From positions 1,240,001-1,304,000 of the forward strand of contig CDLV01000006.1 of NCBI GenBank assembly GCA_001244265.2: a DNA stretch of 64,000 nucleotides, given 5' to 3'. Position numbers and translations under genes: made by a program. Shown here one piece after another: positions 11,628 through 26,779 of this stretch. Numbering within the stretch: position 1 is the first letter of the stretch; every line of letters begins with the position of its first letter. This DNA is from Microbotryum violaceum (Eukaryota). Under the pieces are notes generated by a model, which ran no database searches, had not been told where the DNA came from, and worked only from the letters and a program-made list of their open reading frames with translations.

Positions 11628-13609
11628 TTAGCTCGCGTTCCCGAATCTTGGGATCTTCAACCAAGCATCCGATCCGTAGCCTTGGACCGTAAAAATCTCG
11701 AGCGATCCCGAAAAATATCTACGGGAGAAAACGCAGACTTGAGCTCAATCCTTTGTAGCCCCGACGCGTGGAACGCTCGCGCTCCCTCGCACTCACTCGG
11801 CGAACATCTTGGCCAAGGGTAAGCCAATCCCACTCTTCATCTGCGCATCCTGCATCATCTCTTCATCATTCTCCTCCGCTTCCGTTCCATCGTCCTCCTG
11901 GGACTGATTCGACGCCCTCGCGCGATGTCGTTTCACCTGTTCGGCCACCGTTCCCTCCAACTGACCGACCGCACGTAATGCCTCTATCCCTTCAGCAGGC
12001 TTCTTCCTCCTCCCTTCTTCAACCTCTCGTGTTGAGCCCTGTTGTTCATCCGCAAGTAAGTGATGCTGGTAGAAACGCCTCATATGCGCAAAGGTGAAGA
12101 GATCCAGGCGTTGACTGTTCGCAACGGGGATGACGACGTCCGATGAAGTCGAATAGGAACGAAGGAGGATGTCTTGTTCGGTTGGAGGGAGCCCACCATA
12201 AGGCGGGATCCCCCCGGCTTGGTCCGAGATGCGGATGGAGACGTCGCGTGGTTGGTGGGATATGGTGATGGTGATGGGGTGGGAAGAGGCGGCTTCGGCC
12301 CCGAGATTAACGATCGTCAAGTGGGCGGCTGATTTCAAGAGTTCGAAGAGCATGAATCTGGGATAAGGAGCACATTCTAGTGTCAGTTCGGGAATTTATA
12401 CCGACGGGCGGGAGATGGAGGGTACCCACTCGAGATGTTCAGGGATATAAGCAAACTCGTCCTCGACGCCTTTCCCCTCAACCTTGATCTCCACCAAAGC
12501 CTCCGGTCCCCCTCGCGCTTTGATCAACTCCGTACACCGCTCGACAACATCAATCAATCGGATTCGAGTATCAACGACACCGACGTAACGATCCAAGTCT
12601 ATCGCATGCTTGCCTGTACGTTGTCGATCTCGCAGTTGGTGCGTGAGGCCAATGTGTTGTTCCGTGATGACGCGGCGGGAGAGACGAGAGCGGAGCATGC
12701 GTGTCATGATGCGGTCGACTTCGCGGGGACCAAGGTGATGGGGTGAAGTTTCGCAGATGCTGGAGTGGGGAATGAACGACGCGGAGGGGATGAGCCAATC
12801 TGAGGAGAGAAGGTTTCTGAAGGGTTTTCGCGCGAGGCCGAGCTCACCCAATGGCCAAGTCGGGAATGACGACACGATGCCGGTTCAGTGTCGATTGCAT
12901 AAAAGCGCAAAACCTGTCATTGTCTTCGAGAGTCTTGATGACGGGGAACCTTCGAATGCTGTGCCCAGGTGCTCGAGTCAGGGATCAGTCGGGACGGCCA
13001 CAGCTTCGGCTTTGGCTCCGGTGGAAGATGATGGGGCAGTCCGGATACTTACGCCTCGAACGCTTCCAAGTATAGCTGATATACATGTTCTATTCTTGGG
13101 TTACTGGCGACGACATAAGGCAATTCTTGCAGATCCCGGAGACGATGGGACAGTCGTGTCGGCAACTCGGTCCTCAACTGCCCGACTCAGAGCGGGTTCA
13201 GTCCAAGTGCGGAGTTGTAGGGCGTCGGGGAAGCGACACATACAAAGTTGCCCGACTTGAGCAGCTTCTCCCCTTCCTCCTGTTCGCCCTTGTTGCGTCC
13301 ATGCTTGCCAAAGTTGATGAGGTGCTTGAGCGAGATGGGCGTCGAGCGCTGTGCGGCGAACTTTTCGATCGTCTGTGGGCGAGAAAGGACCGAGGTGAGG
13401 GTGAGATAGCCAACGATACGCTCGAGGTTGACCTGCCTTGTTGGAGTAGAATGCTGGGATCGAGTTGGTGCGTGCAGGAATGGCCGTCGCGGTCGTGGCT
13501 GCGAGCTGTCGAAGCCGAGCAGCCGAGCTCGAGGGCCTGCAGTGGGGAGCAGGTGGAAAGCATTAGCACGAACTCGGTCGCTGAAGCTGTGCACTCTGCT
13601 GAGCTACAT
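11628..13609 (-). CDS. Mitochondrial alpha-ketoacid dehydrogenase kinase family protein (PDK/BCKDK)
   Basis: FYSNK/TIEKFAAQRSTPISLKHLINFG, LLKSGNFV, RSRLSRRVITEQHIGLT, FAYIPEHLE, LFELLKSA, IRISDQAGGI, GIGLPLAKMFAE/YFSGSL..GYGSD. Start codon inferred to be split by an intron. Confidence 0.85.
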
Positions 13610-14169
13610 TTGTGGGGGACTCGGAGGGAGTCGGACGAGGTGTGGGGGAGCGAGGAAGAAGCGGAAGAAGCACGGCAAAGCCCCGTCCGAGTGCCGAGCG
13701 CGCCCCGGTGTCGCGTGAATGACTCGAAACCATTGGCGCGCGCGCCAAGTTCCTCATTATACTGATAATTAGTACTAGTAATAACTGGCGCGCGCGCTGA
13801 GTTGCTTATGGTTAGTGCTAGCAACTCGCAGGCTATAGTAGGCTGCTTTTGCATTATATCACACTCCAAACGCACAAGACCGGACATGGACGATTCGGTT
13901 GGAAAGTTCATGCACCCCATGAGCGCACGGAAACGGGAGATTGATTATGGCAACAGCTACTCCGAGTCGCCTCGGCTAGAATTCGATCGACCGTCACAAG
14001 CTCAAGCTGTCACAAGTGGGGCCACTGTGGGGGAGGACCTGGGAGCCTGCCAGGAGGACGACTTGCAGTGGCAACTTGAAGCCTAGCGCCGAGCAGCAGC
14101 TAGCAGCTCACTCTCGTTCCCTTCCCGCCCTCGCCGGCATTGAACCACCCGCATAACCCCCCATCACCG

Positions 14170-15356
14170 ATGGTCAATCTTGTCGAACCCAACCCACCTA
14201 GCACAAGTTTCCGCCCTCGAGTCACCCCAACGACTTTGATCGCACGATGGCCCACCGCGAACGCACAGTCGACCGTGCCCTTGCTCGCTCGCACCATTAC
14301 CGCGAACCTCTCTGGCATCGCCACGGGTAGAAGGGCGTTGCAAATACGTCCCTTTCGCATGGCAGCACCTTCCACATTAAGCACGGGCAAAGGAGCCGGA
14401 GCCGGAGCCGGAGCCGGAGCAGGAGCAGGAGCAGGAGCAAGCGCAGGAGCGAATACCGAGTCGTCGAGGAACATGTGGGTGCTCAGGACATTGGGCACCG
14501 CGGACGACAAGGTGTTCGTCTGGGTCAACGATCCGACTCAGCCGACGCGGAGATCCATGACCACCGGTCGAGCACAATTCATCGACAAGATAAAGCGCAA
14601 CGAAGGCGATGACACGACCATGGACGAGTCCGACCAAGAGGACGAGGACGAAAAAGATGACAGTCTCGGTTTGGAAACCACACCGCGTCACACCCGATGG
14701 ACCTTCAACTCGTTGGGCGTCGCGACCAATATGTCATCCTCACCCTTGCACGTATCTCCCTTTGATGCGTTCCTACAGCGCGTTCTGCTCTCGTCCTCGT
14801 CCATGTCGGCATCTTCCTCGGCAGCTTCGATCGGCCAACCCATTACGACCGGCTCGCCTAGTCTCCCTTCAGGCGCAGTGCATTGGACACCGAGACCGAC
14901 AGCAGTTTCGTTGGACGGGTTCACGTTTTCCGTCGGTGGTCCGAATGGCACGGGCGATTGGGAAGTCAAGATCGCGACCGTTGGTCTGAAGGGTGGCGCC
15001 AGCGTCGGTTCTTCCAAAGGGGTCGTAGTCGAGGTGAGCGTCGAATTGAACACGAAGAGCTGTCCAATCCCATATGATCAGCTTACTCAATCGGTGATCG
15101 ACATTCTCAGATCACCTACCTCCCTGTACCCTACCTCTCCCCCAACTCGACCTTTATCCGAGATTTCGGCTCGACCCTGTTCCCGACCCAAGCGCTCGCG
15201 ACGGGTGAAATTGACTTTTACGAACCCGATCATGAGCAGATATACGAGGCTGGGCTGGTGTCGACCGAGCAGGACAAGCGAGGAGAGTGGGAATGGTCTG
15301 ACAAGCATTCGGCGTGGGCGTACCTGCAGTTGTTTAGGAAGGAAGGGATGTTGTGA
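14170..15356 (+). CDS. MED20: Probable Mediator subunit 20 (Srb2)
   Basis: FDAFLQRVL..WTPRPTAVSLDGFTF..DWEVKIA..KGVVVE/ITYLP resembles the Med20 pattern. Intron ~15034-15110. Stop TGA at 15354-15356. Confidence 0.6.
14391..14450 (+). repeat. GGAGCC/GGAGCA hexamer repeat encoding (Gly-Ala)n
   Basis: Tandem hexamers seen directly inside the MED20-like ORF. Confidence 0.9.
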
Positions 15357-15674
15357 GCACAAATCAGTAAAAGCATAGTCGCCCTTTGCTCCTACTAGGG
15401 TATTGCGTATATTTCAGCTTGTTGTAATTGAATGCATACATCATGGATGATCATGGGCTGACTTTATGTGAAGCAAAGCCGACATCTTCATAAGCCAATC
15501 CAACTCCGCACAGATCGACTGCCGAATAAGAAGGTGGGTCCGAGCGCGCCGCCTCTTCCCTTTCCTTGTCACCCCCTGTCCCCACTGGCCGTCACTCGCG
15601 TCGCCACTTCCACTCTGGGGAGTTTCTAACCGAGGCAGCTGATCCGGTGTTCCGGTGGAACCCAGCGTGTGGAG

Positions 15675-17478
15675 ATGGTGTACCCACAAGCCGCGTACCT
15701 GCTGCGGGAACACCTCGGCGCGACCAACTGGTCGCTCGACAACCACTACCACGCCCTCACGCTTTCCTCGCGCAACCTGCTCGACTTCCCCATCCCCCCC
15801 GGCCTGCACCTCTCCCTCTCGCATCGCCCGACCTCCCTCCTTGCCTCGAGTCTGCAACTGTCAACGTTGGCGCCGAGCGGTTCGACAACGTACAATACGT
15901 ATGCCCAGGCGAATGCACCCGTGCTAGGTCCGCCTGTCAACCCGTTATTGAGTGGACAACTGGGTTACTTCTTCAGCTCGGCTCCGTTGGGGCATCAAAG
16001 CACAAAGAGGGAACAGCAACACCACAAAGCAGCGTCACCGGTGGCTGCGAGCGCTGGACTGGGCAGTCTCCAACTCGTCATTGCTGAGCAGCCCGTCGAT
16101 CTACTACAGCAACACACGGAGTGCAACAGCGAAGGTGGCTTCAGGTTCAGGGATGCGGTGCAGAGCTTCCATGCATGTGATCCGCCTATCAAGCCCCGGA
16201 TCAGAGTGGCAGATCCCAACACCCCCACCACCGCGGGTAAGTGTTCCGACTCGACCTTGGGTCCCACAATCGGCGAATTCCGTCGGCTGAACCCTCCTCT
16301 TTCCCCGCAGATTTTCTCATGTACGGTCGGCTCTACGCCCCTTCCCCTCGTCTGGACGCCCTCTATGCCCATCGTCTCGCACCCACCGTCCTAGGCCTCG
16401 TGTCCCTCATCTCCGTGCCCGCACCCATCGCACCTCCCCAACTTTCGTGGCAACCCAATGACGAAGCCTCCAGCATGACCATCAACGCACCCCCGACTTC
16501 AACGACCTCGGCGAGGTTGAGCGAGTTGGAGTTCAAGTTGCAGCATGATACGGGCAAGTGGTCAACCGAGTATTCGTACGCTGTCGGCGATGGGATGTGG
16601 GGTGCGAGGGGGTTGTACAATTTTGGGTATTCAGGCGCCAGTTCGGCGGGAGGTCCATCTTCGTCGGGGGCTTCCGGCTCGGACGGAGTTACGACTTCTG
16701 ACGACTCCCCCTCTTCGCATGTACGCGAACGCGTCGTCGACGAAGAAGAAGCGACTTCGACGGGACTCAAAGGTCGTTGGTCAGCAGGTGGGGAGCTCTA
16801 CTTTTCTGCCCAAGAACGTTCCGCAGGGATGTCGACCGGCCTCCGGTTCGCGACCATACCTTATCCCGAACTTCACGGAGACCATGCTTCTTCTCACCCT
16901 CAACCACCCACGGTCATGACAGCGACCTTGAACCCTTTCATGGGCCAACTCTCGCTTGCGTATGCCGTGCAGACGAGCCAAGTCGCTGCTTTGGCCAGTA
17001 GATTTGATTTCAATACGTATTCGTACGAAGCCGAATTAACCGTCGGTGGGGAATGGTTCCAAACGAGACGACATCGCGCCAAAATGAGAGAAGAGGGAAG
17101 TTTAGGAGATGTGGAGGAAACGAGGATCAAGGAGAAAATGAAGAGTTGGGATGCGTTTGGGAGGGGGACACAGGGGGTGTTGGGCCGGGAGGAGAGGAAG
17201 GAAGGGACTCGGGACGATGATGAGGTTGTGGGGGTCGTCAAGGCGAGGGCGTCGACGAATTCGGTCGGTACTGAAAAGGAGCCGCTGTTCCTCCCCTTCC
17301 CTCCCATGCTGACGTACCCAGTTTGTGTCATCAGGACGTCTCGCTCTTGTGGGAAGGTCGACTGGGGGACTTCCTCGTCTCGCTGGGCGTCGTTGCGGAT
17401 CTGAGGCTGGCGACGAAGAGTGCTGGAAGGGTTAGCCCAATCCGTAGTATTGGTGTGGGGTTGCAGTACTGGGGTTAG
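15675..17478 (+). CDS. MDM10: Mitochondrial distribution and morphology protein 10 (ERMES/SAM beta-barrel)
   Basis: YLLREHLGATNWSLDNHYHALTLSSRNLLDFPIPPGL, LMYGRLY, LQHDTGKWSTEYSY, GARGLYNF, SAGGELYF, GMSTGLRF, ASRFDFNTYSYEAE, C-terminal GVGLQYWG*. Confidence 0.95.
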
Positions 17479-17678
17479 AGAGGATTAGACGCAGGCATGT
17501 TGTAAGATTGGGTTATATTATCGAAGTCTTGACTGGGATAGAACAAAAGCAAAAAGATACTATGAGCTGTGTTCCGATCCAAACAGGAGAAAGATCCCCA
17601 GCCAGAAAGGAGCATTAATGGACCACAACAAATTAAGAGAACAGAGAACCTAACGTCGGGTGGCAGAATAAGCCGATG

Positions 17679-20600
17679 CTAGAGCAATCTGGGCACAGCC
17701 GAAAGCGAACGAATACTTCTCGTCTCTTCTAACTGCAACGCCCAAACGAGGCATTCCTTCTCTCGTTCCGTGCGCCCGCTCCCCTTGTAGCATTTCGAAA
17801 GTTCGAACCACGCTTCGGGGACGTCCCATCCGTAACGTTTCGTCAGGGTGTCGAGGAGTGCTTCGGCAAAGGGAAGTTTGAGGTTTGTAGTCGCCGTGGG
17901 TGTCGGGGATCTTGTCGTTGAGGAAGGCACGGGGTCTGCGAGATAGACTCGGGCCATGAGGATGACGGCGGGGACATGGTCGGCTTGAAATGACAGCGCC
18001 TTGATGAGGCAGGATCGAGCGGCCTTCAGTTCGTTCTTGGCTAAACGGTACAAGGCCAACTGGGTCCACACATCGGCATCGTTAGGGTTCAGAGCTTCGG
18101 CTTCGGCGATGGCGCCTCGAGAGTCTTCGAGCTTGTGCGCTCGTCGGTATGAAGCGGCGGACATGAGCCATATGTCGACGAGCACCTTGGTCGCTCGGGG
18201 GTTCATCGAAACGGACGGAGCAGGGGCGACTCCGAAATCGGCCTCGTCGTTGCCCGTCACACTACCTCGGATACTCCTCGCTCGACCCAGCGAGATGCTC
18301 TTTCGCCGAGCCAAAGGAGCGCCATTTGACGTGTCGATCGGTAATGCGTCAGCGACGATCTTGAGCTCGGGCGCATCGCGGACTTGGGCGAACGATTTCG
18401 AGAAATCAGCCAGAAGTTGTTGCTGATCGATCAACGCGGCCTCGGGTCCTTCCATTGCTTCAATGACAACGTTACGCGTCATGCGCATCGAGAACTCGAC
18501 CTGCAATCGTTGGGTATCATCGCTCGAAAACTCGAAGCGATCCAGACCGTTCTCGATCGAGTTGGATTTGGTTTGACCGTTTCGGACCCCGTTGACCCCG
18601 GCCTCGTCCGCTTCGTCTTCGTCATCGTCGTTGAGAGAGGTCTCGATGACTTGCAAGGCCGCACCGAGATCCCTTTGCGCAGCAACGAGCAAACCGAGCA
18701 AGTGCCAGACCTCCTTGCTCGAGTTGTTGAGTGCCGCTGCCTGTCGAGCTCGATCCAAAGCAGGGTCGATTTGACGCAATTCGGCGAGTTGGTACGCGAG
18801 GTGGTAGAGCGTTTCCCATGAGTTGGGATTGAGTTGAGCTGCCGTTTCGAGATGCCTCAGGGCCTCGGCATGTTGGCGTGGCCGCGATTCGACGTCTGCT
18901 TCCTTGGCCGTCAAAGCACCAAGCGCGACACCGCATGCTCGTTCTATCTTACTCAAAACGACCTTGTCCTCGGCCAGTTGACGGTCCTTCTTCTCGTCAA
19001 AAATCTCCCTGGCCCTCTTTGCCAACTCCAAACCGAACTTGGGGTCGTTAATGTACTTGCAGAACAAGCGCGATCCCCATGCAGCGGTCTCGACGAAATC
19101 GCGATCCGGATCAAAGTCGTTGGCGTAGCGGTCCTCTCGATCATCGTCATGTTCGAGTCGAGGGGCCGATTCGCCTCGCAGACGACGGATATCCTTGGCG
19201 ACCTGGACTGCGTCCGTTTCCCGCGCTTTGTTCCACAACTCAAAGTACAGGCGAACAGCTTTGCCGGCCTCGTCGTATTGACCGAGAGCGACGAGCGCTC
19301 GAGCGAGATGGCGCAGCAGTCGATGGGATTGGAACGTGTGCGTCAAAGCGTTATACATGACCTGGGATGAGATGCATGTGTCCGTTTGGGTGAATAAGGT
19401 GTCCTAGTAATAACAGATACGAGTGTCCCTACTTACCTCGACCACTTCAGCAGCCCCATCTCGACCTGCGCCATTCCTGCGCCATCCTTCAGCGACCTCA
19501 TCCAAGAATATGAGGTAAGGCTTGTTGACCTCCCCAGCCTTGGGCAACGACGTCGATGACCTCAGATTTGCCTCTTGCGACGACCCCGACGAAGGCGCCT
19601 CGTACTGGCCTGTCTGCTTCATCAAATGTCGGAATCCGCGTTGAATCACGAGCGCTTTGCTCCCCGGGAACAATTCGGTCGACGGCGCGCGACGAGACGG
19701 GGTTTTTTGTGCTGCACTGATGGTTGTTGCGCGGCGAACGTAAAGGCGATGGTGAGCGTAGGCGACGCGTGGGTCACTGCGAGTAAAGCTCCCAACGCAT
19801 GAATCAGCTCGGAGTCTGTCAATAGCGCAATATCAATAGGAGCTCCTCACCTCTTGGCCTTGGAGTGGACGCAGAGACGGTAAAGTGCGGCCTCGCCAAC
19901 AACGTGCAGTTCGACGTCATCCATAGGCGAGTTCCTCGCCGACAGGACGGCACACGCATCGTCGTAAATTTTGGCGGCTCGAGTGTACGCCGCGATCGCA
20001 TCGTCGTCCTTTCCAAGTCGCTCGAGTGCGAATCCTGCAAAAGCCAACTCAATTCAGGGTCCTTTCTGGAGCAAAGCGGATGAAAGGATAAGACTAACCT
20101 TCGGTTGCGTTCGCTAGTACCCTCAGGGTCAAGTCGTACGCCTCAAAGTCGCCCGCACTGGGCAATCCCTTGTCGACCTGCTTAAGCTCATTGGCGGCGC
20201 GATCGAATTCTCCGACCGAGTACAAGCCATACGCGCTGACGATGGCTGCCGAGTTGCGTTCGACGTCCTTACCCTGGCTGTGTCGGAGAGCGGCTTCGAG
20301 AGCGGCGAGGGAGGCCAAGATGTCGGGCCGGTCATCGATTCGGACAAGTGGGGGCCACGCAGGGACTTGACCTGGGTTGTCGAGCGCGTGCGAGGTCGAG
20401 GGCGAATAAGACGAAGCTGCTGCAGCGCGCGCGAGCAACGAGTGAAGCAATTGGTCGGTTTGTGCTGTAGCAGCGGTGACTGTGGGGGGAAGGGGTGTTC
20501 AAGCGAGTCAGTATCTGCGAGTCTCGGACTGGGGCCAAAGAAGTCGGTCTCGCCGACGCAAGCAGGTCGAGAGAAACAATCGCCCACGTCGAAAGATGCG

Positions 20601-21147
20601 CGCGGTTCGTTCTTGTGTAGTTCGGGTTTATTGTACCCGATGAAGAAGCCAATGAGCCTTTGCCCATCTGAAGAACAACCCTCCACCCAGGGGTCCCTAC
20701 TTGCTACTCGGCGCGTGCTGTAGTCCATGCACCAGGCTCTTTACAGTCACTATCATAGCATACGATCGTGGCATTGTGCTCCATGTGTTGTTGGTTCTGA
20801 TGTTCCCTCCACGCGTCCCGTCCAGCTGATGCCATCCGAGGTGGCACGACGGGGGTGACGATGACGATGACGTTCGTACGGTTGACGTTGCCGGTCGACG
20901 CGACAACTGAGGCCAGTCGCGCAAGTACACTCATCGCATACTCACTAGGTCGGTGCGGGTTGTGTTTCGTAAACTTGCGCAGCAATTCCTTCCAATCCAT
21001 CCCCTTGTCGCTGCTCGAGCCCGAGCCCGACTCGGCCGGCGAGTTGACCTTGCCCGACGAATGCGCCGGATGCGCCTCGGTCCACAACGCCAATCGACGC
21101 GCTTGGTCGAGCGTGATCGAGTACATGGAGCCTTTGCTGGATGACAT
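17679..21147 (-). CDS. YPP1: TPR-repeat protein, Ypp1/TTC7 family (PI4-kinase complex scaffold)
   Basis: N-terminal W.ELLRKF.KHN. C-terminal TPR array with LYHLAYQLAELRQID.AL, VWHLLGLLVAAQ, DIWLMSAASYRR, GWDVPEAWFELS and ALQLEETRSIR. Confidence 0.8.
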
Positions 21148-21865
21148 GGCTGGTAAAGTGATGCGTGCGGCTGGCGTGCGGGGCTGTGGTCGGTGCGGTG
21201 ACCGGAAGGGAGATGCGATCGGCTGCAGCTGAAGAGACTTGGAGAGCGTGGCTCGGCGAAGGGGGCGGTCAAGAGGCGGAGAAAGAGAGAACGGAAGCCT
21301 GGATTGGCTCTTTTCGTGGCTGCGTTGCTTTGGAAGAAAATGCCCTTGGAGCTGCTCCGGAGCGTGATGGTGTCGGTAAGTGTCTGAGAGGTAAGAAGCA
21401 GCGAGTGAACCCGGAGTCGGTGCAGTCGTACGCGAGCGCAGCAACCGGCGGCATTTGAGCTGAGCTCGAGTCGCCGGCCCCGCCAGCACCTCGGTTGAAC
21501 GTGACCGCCGGCGGCCGACGACGGGTGATCTGGAGCAGCTGCACAAAATGCTAAAGTGGCGGACCAACAAGCTGGCGCAAGGACGCATACAGAATGCGAA
21601 AACTTTCTCGAGCTTTCCACATTGAACAACACCCCTTTTGCTTAATTCGCTGGACAGCTCACGAGAACTTCTGGGCAGGACTTTCTCGTCTGAGAGATGG
21701 GGATCGTATCACTGGCAGTATACGGTCCTGGACCGAGCTGAGTGCATCTTCGGGTATGAAGTATAGCTCCATGCCCTCTCGGCCGCTCAGATCTCTCCCA
21801 ATACAATTGACCGAGCTCAATACGGGTGGCGACGCTCGGACCTCGAGTCTTGTCACTCGTGTCTG

Positions 21866-21899
21866 AAACAAAAAAACAAAAAAACAAAAAACAAAAAAA
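21866..21899. repeat. (CA6-7)n simple repeat in the YPP1/RAB18 divergent intergenic region
   Basis: AAAC AAAAAAAC AAAAAAAC AAAAAAC AAAAAAA; a poly(dA:dT)-like tract. Confidence 0.85.
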
Positions 21900-22115
21900 G
21901 TGAGGCAGAGGTTGCTCTTGGTGGGGTGGTGAGTCGTGACTGAGGAACCCGGAAATAAGCAATCGGAGAGAGAGTCTTGGATTCACAACGGGCTGTCACG
22001 ACCAGTCGGTACCAGTCTGCGCCTCGCTCTTACTCCACCCACACTTGGCCCTCGCCTCGCCTCACCGTCACAGGCACCATACACGCACTTATTTCATCGC
22101 TCCGAATTGACCACA

Positions 22116-23834
22116 AGTCAGTCAGTCTCTTTGGTCTCGTCCTATCCTTTTGCCGTCGTGAATGCTAACACCCCCTCCTGCACACGGCCCCTTGCTCCAA
22201 CAGTGGCGGCGTATGCTTCGAACGGCCCGACGGCGCAGCCCTCGTTCGGGACGCTCACCGAACCCCCTACGACGCTCAAGCTGCTCGTCATTGGTACGTG
22301 TCGTATGGAGGAAGAGATTCCTATCTGCTTGGTCGGTCGGGAGAAGGTGGAATCACCCGATGCGTTGCCGAGCGGCTTTGGCGTCGGAGCTGGCCTCGCT
22401 TGCTGGTCATGACGACAGCGTCCAACTCGCGACGACGAACGGCACCCATCGGCTCGGGACCACTCTATGCATCACACCGCGATCGACAAGCCCCGAATCG
22501 CACACATCTGGTACACTATGATACGACCCTCGCAGAGTTTGTCGTGGTAGTCATGTCCAGGGCTGTTCGCTGTGCCATTATCGGCCTAACGGCTCTCCGG
22601 GTCTGCTCTGGTTCTGCTGAAGTGGCCCGTGACTCGGCGACAGAGACGGACTAGGAGCGGCCAATGTCGAGACCGCACACGTTCACAGGCGTGTGTTGCC
22701 AACACCAACGCCTAGACTTGAACTGAAACTCAAGGACACGAGATGTGTGCGGGGTCAAATAGGACTAACCCTCATTCCTATACACGGCTGGACCTGGATG
22801 CCATTCTTACAGGGGCTTCTTCGGTCGGCAAGTCGTCGCTCCTGCTTCGATTCACCGACGAAACCTTCTTATCCCCCGACGAAACCAGCGGTGAGTTTCA
22901 TATTCGACTCGGCGTTCTCAACCAAGTCCTGACGTGTTCAAACACTTTCTCTTCCACTAGCCACAATCGGCGTCGATTTCAAGGTCAAGGTCATTGAGCG
23001 AAAGAACAAGCGCTGGAAGCTGTCCATTTGGGTACGACATCGGCACTGCACGGACTCGAAGCTTTGCTCATCTCAGTACTGACCCACTGTGCGGGATCCC
23101 AGGACACCGCGGGGCAAGAGCGATTCCGAACGTTGACAAGTTCCTATTATCGTGGCGCTCAAGGAGTGATTCTGGGTAAGCTCGGAAAGGTCTCGTTACC
23201 ACCATGTTGAGTTTTGCTGAACCTCTCGTATATCCTATACAGTCTACGATATCACTGCTCGCGACACGTTCGAGTCATTAACGTCGTGGATCGCCGAGCT
23301 CGACACGTTCGCCGGAACGGGGTCGGGAGCCAAAGAGGTTCGTCCATTGCTGTCCAGGTCATCAACACATGCTTGTTTACGGCAGATTGTCCTTCAATCG
23401 AGAATACTCCACAGGTCGTCAGGATGATCGTCGGCAACAAGACAGACCGAGAGTTCTCGCGCGTCGTCAGTACGGCCGAAGGGGAGGCGTTCGCCCAAGC
23501 GCAGAACCCGCCATGGTTGTTCATGGAATGTTCGGCAAAGAAGGGTGGCGAGGACGTGACGGGCGAAGATGGACTGTTCAGTCGGGTTGTTGATAAGGTC
23601 AGTGACTCTTGAATGAGGGTCCTTCTACGTCAAGAAGGGGAATCGAGTGTGCTAACTCTTGTGCATGCTTTGATTCGTGCCTCCCTCCAGATCGTCGAAA
23701 CCCCTTCCTTGTATATGAAGAACAACATCGGCATCAACTCGATCAACAAGAAGGGCCCACCTGGTCAATTCCCCTCTGGGACCGTCAATCTCGACGAAGC
23801 TGAGGAATCCGGAGGCGGATGGTGCGCGTGTTAA
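22116..23834 (+). CDS. RAB18: Rab GTPase, Rab18-like
   Basis: [73 protein letters not shown]-terminal CxC (WCAC*). About 8 exons. Confidence 0.9.
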
Positions 23835-24181
23835 AACTCTGTTCTGGCGCCATTTCGTCTCAGCTCCCATCTTCGACTACCGCTCGCTCGCTGTTTCTCA
23901 AACCCTCGCATCTTTCTGATCGTCGACCTTGTTCATTTACACAACTATCGCCCATGCCGGGCTTCGCCGTACTGTGCTTGTACCTAGTATCATTCTCTCG
24001 CTCCTCGCAATTTTTATGGTGAATATTAGCCCCGTGTCTTCTTTTCTCTCATTCCAATCCCGGTCTAGTCTTGTTATCGTTCGTTCAGGTTTTACGTGTG
24101 TGTCAAAAGTACAGATTCAGATCACCGCGCCTATCTCGAGCCTGGCATGATAGTAGACAGGAGAGTGAAACGTCAAGGAGT

Positions 24182-25907
<1,726 letters not shown>

Positions 25908-26446
25908 GATTAGACGGGGACGCGGGATGGAGAAAGGTACGACGAAGCTGCTAGCCGAGTAAAATGAGTCGGGTCGGGAGGCAAGACAGACTCCGGGCCA
26001 AGCTGGGCCAAGATAGCCGGATCTCGGGGCCCAGCGATCTCCAGTCTTCGAGCTCCGCGGTTCACCAGATTTGGCATGTTCGGTGTTCGCATCAATAAAG
26101 CATTCGTAACCATTCCCGCAAGCCAAAGGCTCCGGATTGAAGATCCCAAGCCTTGATCCAATTTTACATAGGCTCGTTTGAGACGCGTAAGTAAAGGGAC
26201 CACAAGTCTCAAAGCCACCTCTGATCACGTGACCCCAGCCGGCGGTAATTCGAGCTGGCCGGAGAATCGACGGCAAGAGTAGTGTGGCTGACTGCACCTA
26301 CACGCTCAGCATTTGAGTTTTAGTTGGTGTTTCGAATGCACCAGAATACAAATCAATCCCTGCTGCACTGTGCTACCGGCCATGCAGCACTCGATCGTCT
26401 GGGCCGTAAATCCGGGGTCGTGGACGCACTGAGCGACGTTTTTGGC

Positions 26447-26625
26447 GGGGAATACCCATCTGAATGGGTATTCCCCCCATCTGAAGGGGTAATACCCAAG
26501 CAGCGGGTATTACCCCTTCAGATGGGTATTACCCAAGCAGCGGGTATTACCCCTTCAGATGGGTATTACCCAAGCAGACGGTATTCCCTTCGGTTCGGGT
26601 ATTTCCAATTTTAATGGGTAATACC
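26447..26625. repeat. Left subterminal GGGTATTACCC/GGGTAATACCC array
   Basis: About 9 near-palindromic copies in both orientations. Confidence 0.9.
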
Positions 26626-26667
26626 ATCCAAAAAGTCTCAATAGGGGCTCTTTTCGGGAGCGTGATC

Positions 26668-26779
26668 GAGCTTAATTCACATTAGCTTGCTCATTAGGTT
26701 CTGTTTTCATTGAATGCTAGTGCGAGCTCAATTGGCATTAGCTTGCTCATTAGGGTCTGTATCATAAATTACTAATGCT
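26668..26779. repeat. Imperfect 56-bp tandem duplication inside the CACTA element
   Basis: GAGCT.AATT..CATTAGCTTGCTCATTAGG.TCTGT at 26668 and 26724. Confidence 0.8.

Noticed and set aside
13765-13828. AT-rich palindrome and 8-bp stem GAGTTGCT/AGCAACTC in the kinase/MED20 spacer
   Set aside because: Too short to distinguish from chance.
26447-26625. GGGTATTACCC arrays (also 33027-33248) as CRISPR or telomeric repeats
   Set aside because: No unique fixed-length spacers and the context is eukaryotic. They are subterminal repeats of the CACTG element.
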